Source of the DNA: Nanobdellota archaeon
Lineage (GTDB): Archaea > Nanobdellota > Nanobdellia > JAAOXT01
Reading direction: 5' to 3'
Assembly (NCBI GenBank): GCA_018221045.1
Contig: JAAOXT010000001.1
Coordinates: 603 to 64,602 of the forward strand
DNA length: 64,000 nt
Shown here: one piece after another, positions 1-9,809 of the stretch
Layout: each line of letters begins with the position of its first letter
Numbering within the stretch: position 1 is the stretch's first letter
Translations under genes and position numbers: made by a program
Notes under the pieces: model-generated
What the model saw: only the letters and a program-made list of their open reading frames with translations
Told to the model about the DNA's origin: nothing
The model's database searches: none

Positions 1-4
1 CAAG

Positions 5-598
5 ATGGACGTCGAAAAAGCGGAGCAAGCAATCAAAAACATGAGAAAAGGAAGCACTGAAATCAAGGTCTCAAAAGACAAGGAAGTATCACAATTAGGG
101 GTGGAAGCGCTCATGAAAACCAGCATGAAAGAATTCATGAAACCCCGCGAGGCTTTTCAGGAAGTCCTGAACATCGTGGACAAACGATTAATCGAGACTA
201 GGTTCTCGTTCACGTGCACGAACTGTGGAACGACATTAGGTAGTTATAGGGTGCGCTCAATTCCTGAAAACATGAAGTGCCATTCCTGCGGGGCGAGGAC
301 GTTGGGGTTCGTTAACTGGTTCTGGGACCGAGACAAATTAAAAGTTTTTAAGAAAAAAATGCGCGGAGAAAAACTGGACAAGAACGAGGAAAAAACGGTG
401 AAAAACGTTCTTATATCCGCGGACTTGTTCATCGCGTTCGGCGGGTTGGCGTGCTACGTCATGGCGGGAAGAGGGGTCGGGCCAAGAACCGCGAAGCGCT
501 TATTGTCAAAACCTTACGCCGAAAAAAAAGACTTGCTCAGAAGGATCATTGAAGCGGAAAAGAATTTTTTGAAAACCAAAAAGTACTGGAAAACCTAA
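5..598 (+). CDS. C-terminal fragment of a large helicase-like protein (Lhr-type tail); 5' partial, reading frame open to the window edge
   Basis: The frame is open from base 2. It has a CxxC...CxxC zinc ribbon (CTNCG...CHSCG) followed by a GRGVGPRTAKRLL tail that I associate from memory with archaeal Lhr-like helicase C-termini. Confidence 0.4.
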   Translation: MDVEKAEQAIKNMRKGSTEIKVSKDKEVSQLGVEALMKTSMKEFMKPREAFQEVLNIVDKRLIETRFSFTCTNCGTTLGSYRVRSIPENMKCHSCGARTLGFVNWFWDRDKLKVFKKKMRGEKLDKNEEKTVKNVLISADLFIAFGGLACYVMAGRGVGPRTAKRLLSKPYAEKKDLLRRIIEAEKNFLKTKKYWKT

Positions 599-798
599 TC
601 CTCTTTCTTTTTCACTTCTTTTTTCAACTTGTTCTCAACAAACTTGTGGAAAGTCAATCCCTTAAGAATCCTTGCAGCGGACTCCTTGGGAAACTTTTTC
701 TTAATGTAAGTCACCTGGCATTCATACTTCTGCCTTAACTCTTCCATCTTATAACCCTTCAACATGGCTCTTCTAAACAAGTCTAACGGATCTTCCAT
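595..798 (-). CDS. Small basic hypothetical protein (67 aa)
   Basis: The ORF lies directly downstream of, and on the same strand as, the NFACT gene. No motif was recognised. Confidence 0.35.
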   Translation of the reverse strand: MEDPLDLFRRAMLKGYKMEELRQKYECQVTYIKKKFPKESAARILKGLTFHKFVENKLKKEVKKKED

Positions 799-810
799 AA
801 ACCTCCTCCC

Positions 811-2775
811 TTAATATTCACGCGAGTACCTCATCTTAATGCTCGCCCCTCCCGCAGGCATCACCTTTTGAATCTCTTCAATCCTAACGTTAAAACCTTT
901 CTTCAAAAAATACTCTTTAATCTTGCCTGCAACCGCGCTGGACTTGTCGCTTCCAGGCACGATGGACAAAAAGTGCTTGGCCTGCCGTCTAATGGCTTCA
1001 ACCGGGCCAGCAATAATTCTTCCTTTAGCAAACCCTATCGCGATGCGCGGCGAAACGTTATGAAAATACTTTTTCTTACCCTTAATCATGAAACCCCCTC
1101 TAGAAACGTACTCTCCCGACGGGGCGTGCTTGGTCACCTGCTCGGGCTTAACCAAATAAACATCCACTGAACGCCCTGCCTTCCAAGCACTGGAATACGA
1201 CGCGGTTTGAACGCTTGCCTGCTCAAAATCCTGATCACCCGCCTTGGCCCCGTCCTTCATCACCGTGAACGGGGAGCCGTGAGTGTCAGCGTGCAAAACC
1301 ATGTCCTTAACCTCCAAATGCTTTCTAATCAGGTTCTCGTTCTGACCCGCGTCCCTACCCGAAATGCACAGAAAACCTTCAGTGGTGTGAAACCATCTGA
1401 AAGACTCGAACCACTTCTTCTCCAACGGGACCTCAGCTTTCTCGTCCTCGCTCTTCTTAACCAAAACTTTCCGAGCTTTAGCGCTCACAATCTTTTTTTG
1501 AGAGTCCATCATCGCCGTCCTCGCGCCCTCTGCTTTAGACTTGTTCTTCTTAGCTTCCTCGAACAAGAGGTCAACGTTCTCGGCAACGGACTGAGTGAAA
1601 TCGAAATCTATAACCTGACCATCCAACAATAATTCCATCACTCCTTCATCATAACGAATCTTGTCAACGATTCCTGCCTCATAATTACCTCCATCCTTCT
1701 CAGTGTCCAACCTTTGAACAACCTCCTCCCAAGAATACCCCTGCTGCCTGGCGCTAAGCAAGGAGCCAACAATCCTCTCCACAAGCGAGAAATTGGTTTG
1801 CAAAGCTTTGCCCTTAGCGAACGCTTCCTCCGACCTGGCTTCAAAACTTTTCAACTGGCCTCCCTGGGACTCCAAAACCTGCTCCAAACGCTCCAACTCG
1901 CCGGCGCTGACCTGAACAACCCCTTCAGAAACCTGCTTCTTCCTTTCCTTAACGTAAAACTCGTTCAACGCCTGATTAAAACTTGGGAAAACCTTTTTCT
2001 GGGACTCCGCGTAAACGTTCAACTGAAGGGGAACAACGTCCACGTACTTGCCCGCGCCCAAAACAATGTTGGGCTCAGGACTATTTCTTAATTGTTTAAT
2101 CATGTCAAAAAAATTGGTTGAAATGTTGCTCAACGCCAAAGCGGACAACTGCTTGGGTGGAGCGGACTTGTCGACCTTGGCCCGGAAACAAAGTTCTTCA
2201 GCGTACTTCCCACCCAAACCAACGTCAATGGCGAGAGCGCGGACAACATCCTTTTTCTGCGAATGAATCAGCACGGAATTCAACGACCTCTCATCAATAA
2301 CGTTATTGCTAGGAGGAAAACCGTACTCGCGTTTAGGCCGAATACTCCGGCTAGACCAGTCCTGAACCTTAAGCGGAGCGATAATCTTGTACTCGTCATC
2401 GCAAAGAATCATGTTGCCCTTAGAAAAAAACTCGCAAACCAAAATGTAACCCTTACCCTTTTTGATGAAATGAATCTCGATAATTCTTTCAAAACCCTTC
2501 TGAACAAGCTTAGACATGACCGCGCCGCTCAAGTGCTTGCGCAAAAACATGCAGAAATGAGACGGGTAAGTCGGGTTAGGAAATAGTTGCTCGGTCACGT
2601 ACAAGACTTCAGGAACGATTATTCGCAAATCCTTTTTCTTAAGCTCTGAGTGGTAAAGAGCGAACAAAAACTCTTTCTCAAAAGGATTGTAAATTTTTTC
2701 CACTTTAGAGCCAACAAGTTTTCTCAACTCGCTTGTGATAGTGATAAAATCGAAAGACGAAGATTCCCTCATCAA
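811..2775 (-). CDS. NFACT-family ribosome quality control protein (RqcH/NEMF/FbpA-like)
   Basis: The 654-aa protein has an N-terminal NFACT-N-like region, a central coiled coil and a C-terminal DUF814-like block (FHTTEGFLCISGRDAGQNENLIRKH...LHADTHGSPFTVMK). Confidence 0.8.
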   Translation of the reverse strand: MMRESSSFDFITITSELRKLVGSKVEKIYNPFEKEFLFALYHSELKKKDLRIIVPEVLYVTEQLFPNPTYPSHFCMFLRKHLSGAVMSKLVQKGFERIIEIHFIKKGKGYILVCEFFSKGNMILCDDEYKIIAPLKVQDWSSRSIRPKREYGFPPSNNVIDERSLNSVLIHSQKKDVVRALAIDVGLGGKYAEELCFRAKVDKSAPPKQLSALALSNISTNFFDMIKQLRNSPEPNIVLGAGKYVDVVPLQLNVYAESQKKVFPSFNQALNEFYVKERKKQVSEGVVQVSAGELERLEQVLESQGGQLKSFEARSEEAFAKGKALQTNFSLVERIVGSLLSARQQGYSWEEVVQRLDTEKDGGNYEAGIVDKIRYDEGVMELLLDGQVIDFDFTQSVAENVDLLFEEAKKNKSKAEGARTAMMDSQKKIVSAKARKVLVKKSEDEKAEVPLEKKWFESFRWFHTTEGFLCISGRDAGQNENLIRKHLEVKDMVLHADTHGSPFTVMKDGAKAGDQDFEQASVQTASYSSAWKAGRSVDVYLVKPEQVTKHAPSGEYVSRGGFMIKGKKKYFHNVSPRIAIGFAKGRIIAGPVEAIRRQAKHFLSIVPGSDKSSAVAGKIKEYFLKKGFNVRIEEIQKVMPAGGASIKMRYSREY

Positions 2776-2883
2776 TAAACGAGAAAAGCTTGTTAAACTT
2801 ATATATTTTGTTGAACGCTAACCTCCAGATTTGAACAAATAAAAGCAAAATACTTATAAACAACTGTTCAGTTTATTGAACAT

Positions 2884-3408
2884 ATGTTTAAAGAATTGAA
2901 CACGTTAAAAGTTTTCTTGGAAACCCCTACCAAAGAGTTTAACGTGAGAGAAGTATCAAGGCTATTAAAAATCAGCCCCGCTACTAGCAGTAAGAAACTG
3001 AAAAATTTCGCGAGAAAAGGCTTGCTGAAAGAGAGAAAAGAAAAAATCTTCATTTTCTACAAGGCGAATCTGGAAAACGAAGCTTACACAGACCTCAAAA
3101 CTTTTTATAACATAAGAAAAATAAAAAAATCCGGTTTAATAAACAGCATAAACGACTTCTACCTTAAACCAACAATCGTCCTGTTCGGCTCCGCAGCTCA
3201 TGGCGTGGACACCGAAACAAGCGATTTCGACCTGCTAATCCTATCAGAAAAAACCAAAGAATTTCCGCACAAAAAAATTTTTGAAAAAAAATTGAACAGA
3301 AAACTGCAAATCTTCGCGGTCAAAAACGTTCACGACTTGAAGAACGAGCACTTAGTGAACAACGTGTTAAACGGAATCGTCTTACAAGGAGGCATAAAAT
3401 GGACTTAG
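2884..3408 (+). CDS. wHTH plus minimal nucleotidyltransferase (MNT-type, antitoxin-like)
   Basis: It carries the pol-beta-superfamily NTase signature LFGSAAHGVDTETSDFDLLILS (GS...DxD) after an N-terminal winged-helix-like segment. Its 3' end overlaps a HEPN-like mini-ORF. Confidence 0.8.
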   Translation: MFKELNTLKVFLETPTKEFNVREVSRLLKISPATSSKKLKNFARKGLLKERKEKIFIFYKANLENEAYTDLKTFYNIRKIKKSGLINSINDFYLKPTIVLFGSAAHGVDTETSDFDLLILSEKTKEFPHKKIFEKKLNRKLQIFAVKNVHDLKNEHLVNNVLNGIVLQGGIKWT

Positions 3409-3509
3409 ACGAGTGTTATAGAAAAGGCCTCATTAAGAAAACAAGAATTGACAAAGAACTAATAAAATCCCTTATCGAAATGTCAAACAATAGGATTAAA
3501 AAACTTTAA
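3399..3509 (+). pseudogene. Truncated HEPN-like ORF (36 codons), probable remnant of the HEPN partner of the MNT gene
   Basis: My translation is MDLDECYRKGLIKKTRIDKELIKSLIEMSNNRIKKL-stop. It overlaps the MNT stop by 10 nt, as in MNT-HEPN pairs. It resembles only the N-terminal helix of HEPN proteins and lacks an RxxxxH motif. Confidence 0.45.
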
Positions 3510-3525
3510 CGTTCTCAAAAAGCTC

Positions 3526-5988
3526 ATGGAGAGGGCAGTGTTTTACCTAAACAACATTCACCTTGACACCAGTGAAAGCAAGATTCCCACTCTGAAATTG
3601 TTCGGCAAGACAGAAGATGGAAAAAAGGTTTGCGCGATAACAAGCAAAGTCAAAGACTATTTGTGGGTTGTCACGAACGCGAACATCAAAGAACTGGAAA
3701 ACTACGAGTTAGAAACCCATGAAGGACTGTGCACAGTCGAAAAAGTTGTTATAAAAGAAAAAATGCTTGACGGCCAAAAAGTGATGGCTGCACAAGTATG
3801 GGTTAACAACCCAAAATTGACCGGGTACCTTGGCTCAGTGCTAAGAAAAACAGAAAAGTTCTCACAAGTCTATGAAGACGACATCCCCTTCATCCAAAAA
3901 TACATTATTGACCACGACCTCAAAAGCTTCAGCAAAGTAGCGGTAACAGGAAACAAGATACCAAGAACTGGTTTCAAAGTGGACGAGTTAATCCAGATGC
4001 GCGAAATCGAAAACGCTAACGGGGAAACCGCGAAACCAGTCGTCCTAGCGTTCGACATCGAAACGTACAATCCTCGCAAAGAAGTTTTCGTCCGCGGAAA
4101 CGAAATAATCATGATATCCTTCAAAAGCTCTAAAGGGTTCAGCAAAGTAATCACGTGGAAAAAATTTGAAGGAGGAGAAAACGTGGAATTCGTTGAAGAC
4201 GAGAAAGCCCTCATCCAAAAATTCTTCAAAACACTGAAAGAAATTGGTCCAGACGTCCTCGTAGGATTCAACTCGGACGCGTTCGACATACCATCAATAA
4301 TGGACCGGGCAAAAAAGTTCGGGGTCAAACAAGTCGCCGGCCTGGACGGAACAGGCTTCAAAGTCGTCCGCTCCAGCAGCGGGCCCGCAATATGGATTAA
4401 CGGGATAACCCACATAGACCTCTACCCCTTCTTCTCAAGAACCATGGCTGACCGGCTCAAAACAGACATCATGAGCCTTAACAGGATATCCAAAGAAGTC
4501 CTGAACCAAAGCAAAAAAAGCCTGGATTACGAAAAAATAAACGAGCTATGGGCTTCAGACAACCCGAAAGACATTTGCGAATACTGCCTGACTGACGCGG
4601 AACTCACCCTAAAACTATTCGAAAAAATATTCCCCGTGATGATGGAATTCTCCAAAACAGTCCAGCAACAAGTCTTCAAAACGTGCAGGGCCACCTACGG
4701 AAACCTGGTCGAAGACTACTTGCTGAAAGAAAACCCGAACTTCAACGAACTCAGGAAAAGAAAACCATCCAAAGAAGAATTCATTAAAAGAAGAAAAACC
4801 AGTTTTAAAGGAGGATACGTTCACGAACCCAAACCCGGACTCTACCAAAACCTGGCCGTCTTCGACTTCAAATCACTGTACCCGAGCATAATCATCTCCC
4901 ACAACATAAGCCCTTCATCACTCATGAAAGGAAAAAAAGAGGACGGGCACGCGGTCCCGGAAGAAGACTACTGGTTCGCCAAAAAACCCGTGGGAATGAT
5001 CCCAAAAATCCTCGAAGAACTCGTGAACCGAAGGATAGGAATCAAACGCATAATGAAAGACGTTGACGTTAAAAGCTCCCAGCACGCCATACTCGACGCC
5101 CGCCAATACTCGCTGAAAATAATTGCCAACTCGTTCTACGGTTACCTCGGCTTCCCAAAATCCCGTTGGTACTCCATCAAATGCGCGAAAGCCGTGACAA
5201 GCTTTGGCAGGGATTACATCAAAAAAATAATTGAACAATCCAAAAAAGCCGGTTTCGAAGTCGTTTACGCTGACACGGACTCGGTTTTCATTTACAAAAA
5301 GAAAAGCGTGTTCAGAAGCGCTCGCAAAACTTACGAAAAATTTCTGAAACAAATCAACGAATCCCTGCACGGATTCATGAAAATGGATTTTGAAGGACTC
5401 TACAAGAAAGGACTGTTCATCTCCAAAAAATCGGACCTTGTAGGCGCTAAAAAAAAGTACGCTCTCCTCGACGAACACGGAAACCTGGTGATTAAAGGAT
5501 TCGAGTACGTCAGACGAGACTGGTCGCCCCTAGCTAAAAAAATTCAGTTAAAAGTCCTCAAAAAAGTGCTGGCAGAAAACGCGTCCAAAAACGCGGTAAA
5601 ACTTGTCAAAAACGAGTTAAAAAAGCTAAGACTCGGAAAAACCCCCCTAAAAGAACTAATCATCAGCGTTCAACTGAAAAAAAAACTGGAAAACTATTCG
5701 TCCATCGGCCCTCACGTGGCTGCAGCGATGAAAGCGGAGAAAAAAGGTTATTTCATCAACCCGGGAATGCTAGTGCAATTCATAATAATTAAAGGAGAAG
5801 GAAGTGTTTCAGAGAAAGCGTTTATCTATGAGCAAGTTAAAAAAGAAGATTTAAAATATGACCCCGAATATTATGTTTATAAACAAGTACTGCCCAGCGT
5901 GAAAAGAATACTTGACGCCTTAAACGTCAAGGAAGAAAAATATTTGAGCTCGCAAAGCAAAGAAGACTTAACAAGTTTCATAAAATGA
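3526..5988 (+). CDS. polB: Family B DNA polymerase
   Basis: Exonuclease motifs are FDIETYN and GFNSDAFDIP. Polymerase motifs are DFKSLYPSIIISHNISP, KIIANSFYGY, YADTDSVF and KKKYA. Confidence 0.95.
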   Translation: MERAVFYLNNIHLDTSESKIPTLKLFGKTEDGKKVCAITSKVKDYLWVVTNANIKELENYELETHEGLCTVEKVVIKEKMLDGQKVMAAQVWVNNPKLTGYLGSVLRKTEKFSQVYEDDIPFIQKYIIDHDLKSFSKVAVTGNKIPRTGFKVDELIQMREIENANGETAKPVVLAFDIETYNPRKEVFVRGNEIIMISFKSSKGFSKVITWKKFEGGENVEFVEDEKALIQKFFKTLKEIGPDVLVGFNSDAFDIPSIMDRAKKFGVKQVAGLDGTGFKVVRSSSGPAIWINGITHIDLYPFFSRTMADRLKTDIMSLNRISKEVLNQSKKSLDYEKINELWASDNPKDICEYCLTDAELTLKLFEKIFPVMMEFSKTVQQQVFKTCRATYGNLVEDYLLKENPNFNELRKRKPSKEEFIKRRKTSFKGGYVHEPKPGLYQNLAVFDFKSLYPSIIISHNISPSSLMKGKKEDGHAVPEEDYWFAKKPVGMIPKILEELVNRRIGIKRIMKDVDVKSSQHAILDARQYSLKIIANSFYGYLGFPKSRWYSIKCAKAVTSFGRDYIKKIIEQSKKAGFEVVYADTDSVFIYKKKSVFRSARKTYEKFLKQINESLHGFMKMDFEGLYKKGLFISKKSDLVGAKKKYALLDEHGNLVIKGFEYVRRDWSPLAKKIQLKVLKKVLAENASKNAVKLVKNELKKLRLGKTPLKELIISVQLKKKLENYSSIGPHVAAAMKAEKKGYFINPGMLVQFIIIKGEGSVSEKAFIYEQVKKEDLKYDPEYYVYKQVLPSVKRILDALNVKEEKYLSSQSKEDLTSFIK

Positions 5989-6869
5989 AGGAAGAATACA
6001 TCAAAGCAGGAAAAATAGCTTCTAAAGTTAGAGAGAAATCCAAAAAACTGCTAAAAGAAGGGGCGAGCATTCAAGCAATCGTAAAAAAAGTAGAGTCCTG
6101 GATTCATGAAAACAAAGGCGGAATAGCCTTCCCTGTCAACATTTCTTTAAACGATTACGCTGCTCACGACACGGCTTCCGGAAAAGATAACAGAAAACTG
6201 AACAGAGGTGACGTGGTAAAAGTCGATATCGGGGTTCACGTGAACGGATTCATAGCTGACACCGCGTACACAGTAGAAATCCGGACCAAAAAGCACAAAA
6301 AAATGCTTGAAGCCAACAAAGAAGCTCTTCAAAAAGTGCTGAAAATGGTGGAGCCAGGCGTCAAGCTCTGCAAGATAGGCGCCCTGGTCGAAAAAGAAGC
6401 TGAAAAAAACGGTTTCAAACCCATAAAAAATTTGAGCGGGCACTCACTGGAACAATGGAATCTTCACGCAGGGCTAACGATTCCGAACTACGATAACGGG
6501 GACAAAACCGTGATCAAAGACGACACGGCGGTCGCCATCGAACCTTTCTTCACCAACGGTTTCGGCGAAGTAGTGAACGCAAGGGAAAAAAAGATATTCA
6601 TGCTCGAAAAACGGCTTCCCGTAAGACTCCCAAAAGTCAGGGACATCCTCAAATACATAGAAGAGAATTACAAAACCTTCCCTTTCAGCAAGGCATGGCT
6701 TGAAAAAGAGTTTGGTAGAGGATGGGTTAACATCTCGCTCCCAATACTCATCAAAAGCGGGTGCCTGAAAAGTTTTCCAGCGCTAAAAGAAAAAAAAGAA
6801 GGGATTGTATCTCAATTCGAGCACACAATAGTTTTTTTTAACGGCAAAAAAGTGATTACAACGCTTTAA
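5985..6869 (+). CDS. map: Methionine aminopeptidase, type 2 (archaeal)
   Basis: The 294-aa protein has a pita-bread fold pattern (DVVKVDIGVHVNGFIADTAYT, GHSLEQWNLHAG, AIEPF, EHTI). Its start overlaps the polB stop (ATGA). Confidence 0.9.
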   Translation: MKEEYIKAGKIASKVREKSKKLLKEGASIQAIVKKVESWIHENKGGIAFPVNISLNDYAAHDTASGKDNRKLNRGDVVKVDIGVHVNGFIADTAYTVEIRTKKHKKMLEANKEALQKVLKMVEPGVKLCKIGALVEKEAEKNGFKPIKNLSGHSLEQWNLHAGLTIPNYDNGDKTVIKDDTAVAIEPFFTNGFGEVVNAREKKIFMLEKRLPVRLPKVRDILKYIEENYKTFPFSKAWLEKEFGRGWVNISLPILIKSGCLKSFPALKEKKEGIVSQFEHTIVFFNGKKVITTL

Positions 6870-6922
6870 AACCGAAACCAATAAATAATTAGACTCCTAA
6901 CCTTTCCTAAAGGTGTAAAAAA

Positions 6923-7135
6923 ATGTCTAGAATACCATTAGCCCCCGTTGGCAGGCTTATAGAGAAAGCAGGAGCCAAAAGGGTCAGCGAAGACGCCAAA
7001 AAAAGTTTATCCAAAGTCCTTGGAGAAATAGCCATTCAGATTTCTGAAAGAGCTGTCATGTTAGCCAAGCACGCTGGAAGAAAAACGATTAAGAAAAGCG
7101 ACGTGGACCTCGCTAAAAAAGAGATTTGGGACTAA
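6923..7135 (+). CDS. Archaeal histone (HMf family)
   Basis: The 70-aa protein has histone-fold motifs LPLAPVGRLIEKAGAKRVSEDA and KHAGRKTIKKSDV. An AGGTG Shine-Dalgarno sequence lies upstream. Confidence 0.9.
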   Translation: MSRIPLAPVGRLIEKAGAKRVSEDAKKSLSKVLGEIAIQISERAVMLAKHAGRKTIKKSDVDLAKKEIWD

Positions 7136-9129
7136 GTCTTCTTATCCTTTTTGCCAGGGCAATTAATGTTAGGGCAAAAACGCCACGGCCTTCTGCCATA
7201 CCTTATCTCAACGATTTTAACCCCACAATCCTTGCACAGCTTATCTGTCACGTACAAACCCCCTTTCTGGGGTAGTGGCCAGCCGTTAGAGCACTTCGGG
7301 TAGTTAGAGCACCCGCAAAACCTTTTCCCAGTCCTTCTTGAACGAATAACCCTCATGTTCCCCACCCCGCACTTCGGGCAAGGGCAAATAATTAAATCCT
7401 CTTTAAGCGCTTCCCTTAACTCCTTTGACACAACTTTTTCTTTTGACTCCAATTTATTAATGGCTATTAGCAAACCTTTTTTCGAATGGTTTATGACGTA
7501 ATCCTTAGACCTTTTTCCACCAGCTATTTTTTCCATTTCTGACTCAAGCTCGGAGGTCATGTGAGGATTCGTTATGTCCTCACAATTTTTTTTAAGAACG
7601 TGTATTAACGCGAAACCAATATTATTGGGCTCGAAAGTTTTTGGTTCAACGTAACCCCTATAAACAATTTTTTGCAGTATCGAATGCCTCGTGCTTTTGG
7701 TCCCAAGGTTTTTCTCATCCATGATTTTCAGCAAAGTGCTGGCGCCATAACGCTTGGGAGGCTGAGTCTCTTTTTCATCACTCCACAACTTTTTAACATC
7801 AACTTTATCCCCCTCCAACAGTTCTGGAAGCGCGAACTCCTTGGGTTTGTAAAAGTCATAATATTTCATCCAACCTTTTTTCGTGATTATCATACCATTT
7901 GACACGAACTCGTGGCCCTTAGCGTCAAACTCAATTCTGGTCCTTTTTTCCAAGCCGTCTTCGGACAGGGTTGCGAAGAATCTTTTAACTATTAGTTCAT
8001 AAACCTTTTTTTCTTGGCTGCCAATCTTTTTTGGAAGCCCTACGGGATGGATTGGTGGGTGGTCCGTCGTTTTTTTACTGCCCCTAGAAGGACTTAAATC
8101 CTTGCCAATAAAGTCTTTGGCGTGCTCGTATTGGCGCGATAGTTTCGAGAGAATTTTTTGGAGGTTAAGCGATTTAGGGTAAACAGTGTTAGACGTTCTC
8201 GGGTATGAAATGAATCCTCTTATGTAAAGGTGTTCTGCTATGCGCATGCTGTTCGCGGGCGAGTACCCGAACTCGTTATGACATGTTCTCAAAAAAGCTG
8301 TCGTGTTGAAAGGTGCTGGGCGAGGAACCTTTCTTTGAGAGACCTTAAATGATTTGACGGTCATCTTTTTTATGTTCTTTGACAGAATTTTTTTAACTTT
8401 TTTCCCGTCTTTAAAAACTCCTTTATGCTCTGCTTCAAAAACCTTTTTTTTGAAAAGCTTGGCTTTAAGCTCCCAATACTTTTCCGGCTTGAACCTTTGT
8501 CTTTGCTTTGCCCTATCAACAATCATTTTAAGAACAGGTGTTTGAACCCTTCCCACAGACAAATAACTGTTTCCGAACCTGTGACCCAGCGCTGACACAA
8601 GTCTCGTCAGCGCAGCCCCCCATAAAAGGTCAATATCTCTTCTGGCTTCAGCCGAGTCCGCCAAGTCGTCGTCTAACTTTTTGAGATTTTTGAACGCTTC
8701 TCGAATGTCTTCCTCTGTTATGGCTGAGAACAACGCTCTTCTGACCTTTACCTTCGGGTTTTTTGCTTTCACGAACTCCAAGCCTTCCCTGCCTATCAAC
8801 TCTCCTTCCCTGTCATTGTCCGTCGCGATAATCACTTCATCAGCGTTCTTCCCGACTTTTTCCAAATACTTGGCGATGCCTGGCATTGACACTTTCTGGA
8901 TTATGTCCGCTTTCAGCAAGTCCTTAACCTTGTTTTTAGACCACGAGGAATACTCTTTCGGAAAGTCTGCCTGAACAATGTGACCGCTCAACGGAACCGT
9001 GACGAACCCATCCCACTTGTAAGCACTGAATTTTTTGGAGAACTTCTCCTGCTTTGCCTTGCCTGAAGAAAGTATATCAGAAATCCTTTTCGCTGCAATC
9101 GCTTTTTCAGCAATGATTATCTTACGCAT
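7132..9129 (-). CDS. topA: Type IA DNA topoisomerase (TopA/Topo III-like) with C-terminal zinc ribbons
   Basis: It has an N-terminal Toprim domain (IIAEK...ATDNDREGE), an active-site region ISYPRTSN and two C-terminal Cys4 ribbons. Confidence 0.9.
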   Translation of the reverse strand: MRKIIIAEKAIAAKRISDILSSGKAKQEKFSKKFSAYKWDGFVTVPLSGHIVQADFPKEYSSWSKNKVKDLLKADIIQKVSMPGIAKYLEKVGKNADEVIIATDNDREGELIGREGLEFVKAKNPKVKVRRALFSAITEEDIREAFKNLKKLDDDLADSAEARRDIDLLWGAALTRLVSALGHRFGNSYLSVGRVQTPVLKMIVDRAKQRQRFKPEKYWELKAKLFKKKVFEAEHKGVFKDGKKVKKILSKNIKKMTVKSFKVSQRKVPRPAPFNTTAFLRTCHNEFGYSPANSMRIAEHLYIRGFISYPRTSNTVYPKSLNLQKILSKLSRQYEHAKDFIGKDLSPSRGSKKTTDHPPIHPVGLPKKIGSQEKKVYELIVKRFFATLSEDGLEKRTRIEFDAKGHEFVSNGMIITKKGWMKYYDFYKPKEFALPELLEGDKVDVKKLWSDEKETQPPKRYGASTLLKIMDEKNLGTKSTRHSILQKIVYRGYVEPKTFEPNNIGFALIHVLKKNCEDITNPHMTSELESEMEKIAGGKRSKDYVINHSKKGLLIAINKLESKEKVVSKELREALKEDLIICPCPKCGVGNMRVIRSRRTGKRFCGCSNYPKCSNGWPLPQKGGLYVTDKLCKDCGVKIVEIRYGRRPWRFCPNINCPGKKDKKT

Positions 9130-9167
9130 TCCAGTTTATTCTTAAAGAGCGGGTTTAAAAGTGTTAC

Positions 9168-9737
9168 TCACACCAAATCATAAACCCTGATGTTTGAGTA
9201 AATCGGGCCTTCAGGCGTCAGCACGCTTTTTTTGAACACGACTTTATCAACTTCAAAACCCAATCTTTCCGAACTTTTTTGCTCAACCATTTTTTTAAAC
9301 AAATCTTTACTCGAAATAAACCGGGTTCTCGCAAGGGTTAAATGCGGCTCGTTGGTCAAAGAGGTCAAGCCCATCACCCTCAACCTTATCCTAATCTCTT
9401 TTTGCATGGTTTCAAGAACTTTTTTGCCTTTTGAAACGTTCATCAAAAGAACCCTTGGTCTTAAAACGTTAGGTATAATCGTTAATCCTTCAAGCTCTAA
9501 GCGAAACCGTTTCACGCCTTCAAAAGTTCTTTCAAGCATTTTTTCAGCCCTGAAAACCTTATTTTCAGGAATCCCTCTCCTCTCATCCTTAGTGAAGAAA
9601 GCTAGGGTTACGTGAATGTTCCGCTCCTCAACACTTTTTCCTGTGAATAAGGGCGAAAAACTTTTTTGAATTTCCACCACTTTTTTCTTAACCTCTTCAG
9701 GAACCTCCACTGCCACGAAACACCGCACGAAATCCAT
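9168..9737 (-). CDS. thpR: RNA 2',3'-cyclic phosphodiesterase / 2'-5' RNA ligase family (2H phosphoesterase)
   Basis: It has two HxTx motifs (HVTLAFF and HLTLART). I placed the start at MDFVRCFVAVEV (ATG at 9737). The longer track ORF, extending to 9965, runs into the divergent serS gene. Confidence 0.8.
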   Translation of the reverse strand: MDFVRCFVAVEVPEEVKKKVVEIQKSFSPLFTGKSVEERNIHVTLAFFTKDERRGIPENKVFRAEKMLERTFEGVKRFRLELEGLTIIPNVLRPRVLLMNVSKGKKVLETMQKEIRIRLRVMGLTSLTNEPHLTLARTRFISSKDLFKKMVEQKSSERLGFEVDKVVFKKSVLTPEGPIYSNIRVYDLV

Positions 9738-9809
9738 TGAATAAAATAAAAGGTTAATCAACGATTTAAAGGTTAGTTTTATAATCCTGCGACTAATAGA
9801 AATTATTCG

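Noticed and set aside
3870-5478. Long antisense ORFs lie within polB (3870-4415, 181 aa, and 4918-5478, 186 aa).
   Set aside because: They are opposite a strongly supported polymerase gene. Their translations are low-complexity (Phe/Ser/Val-rich) and carry no motifs.
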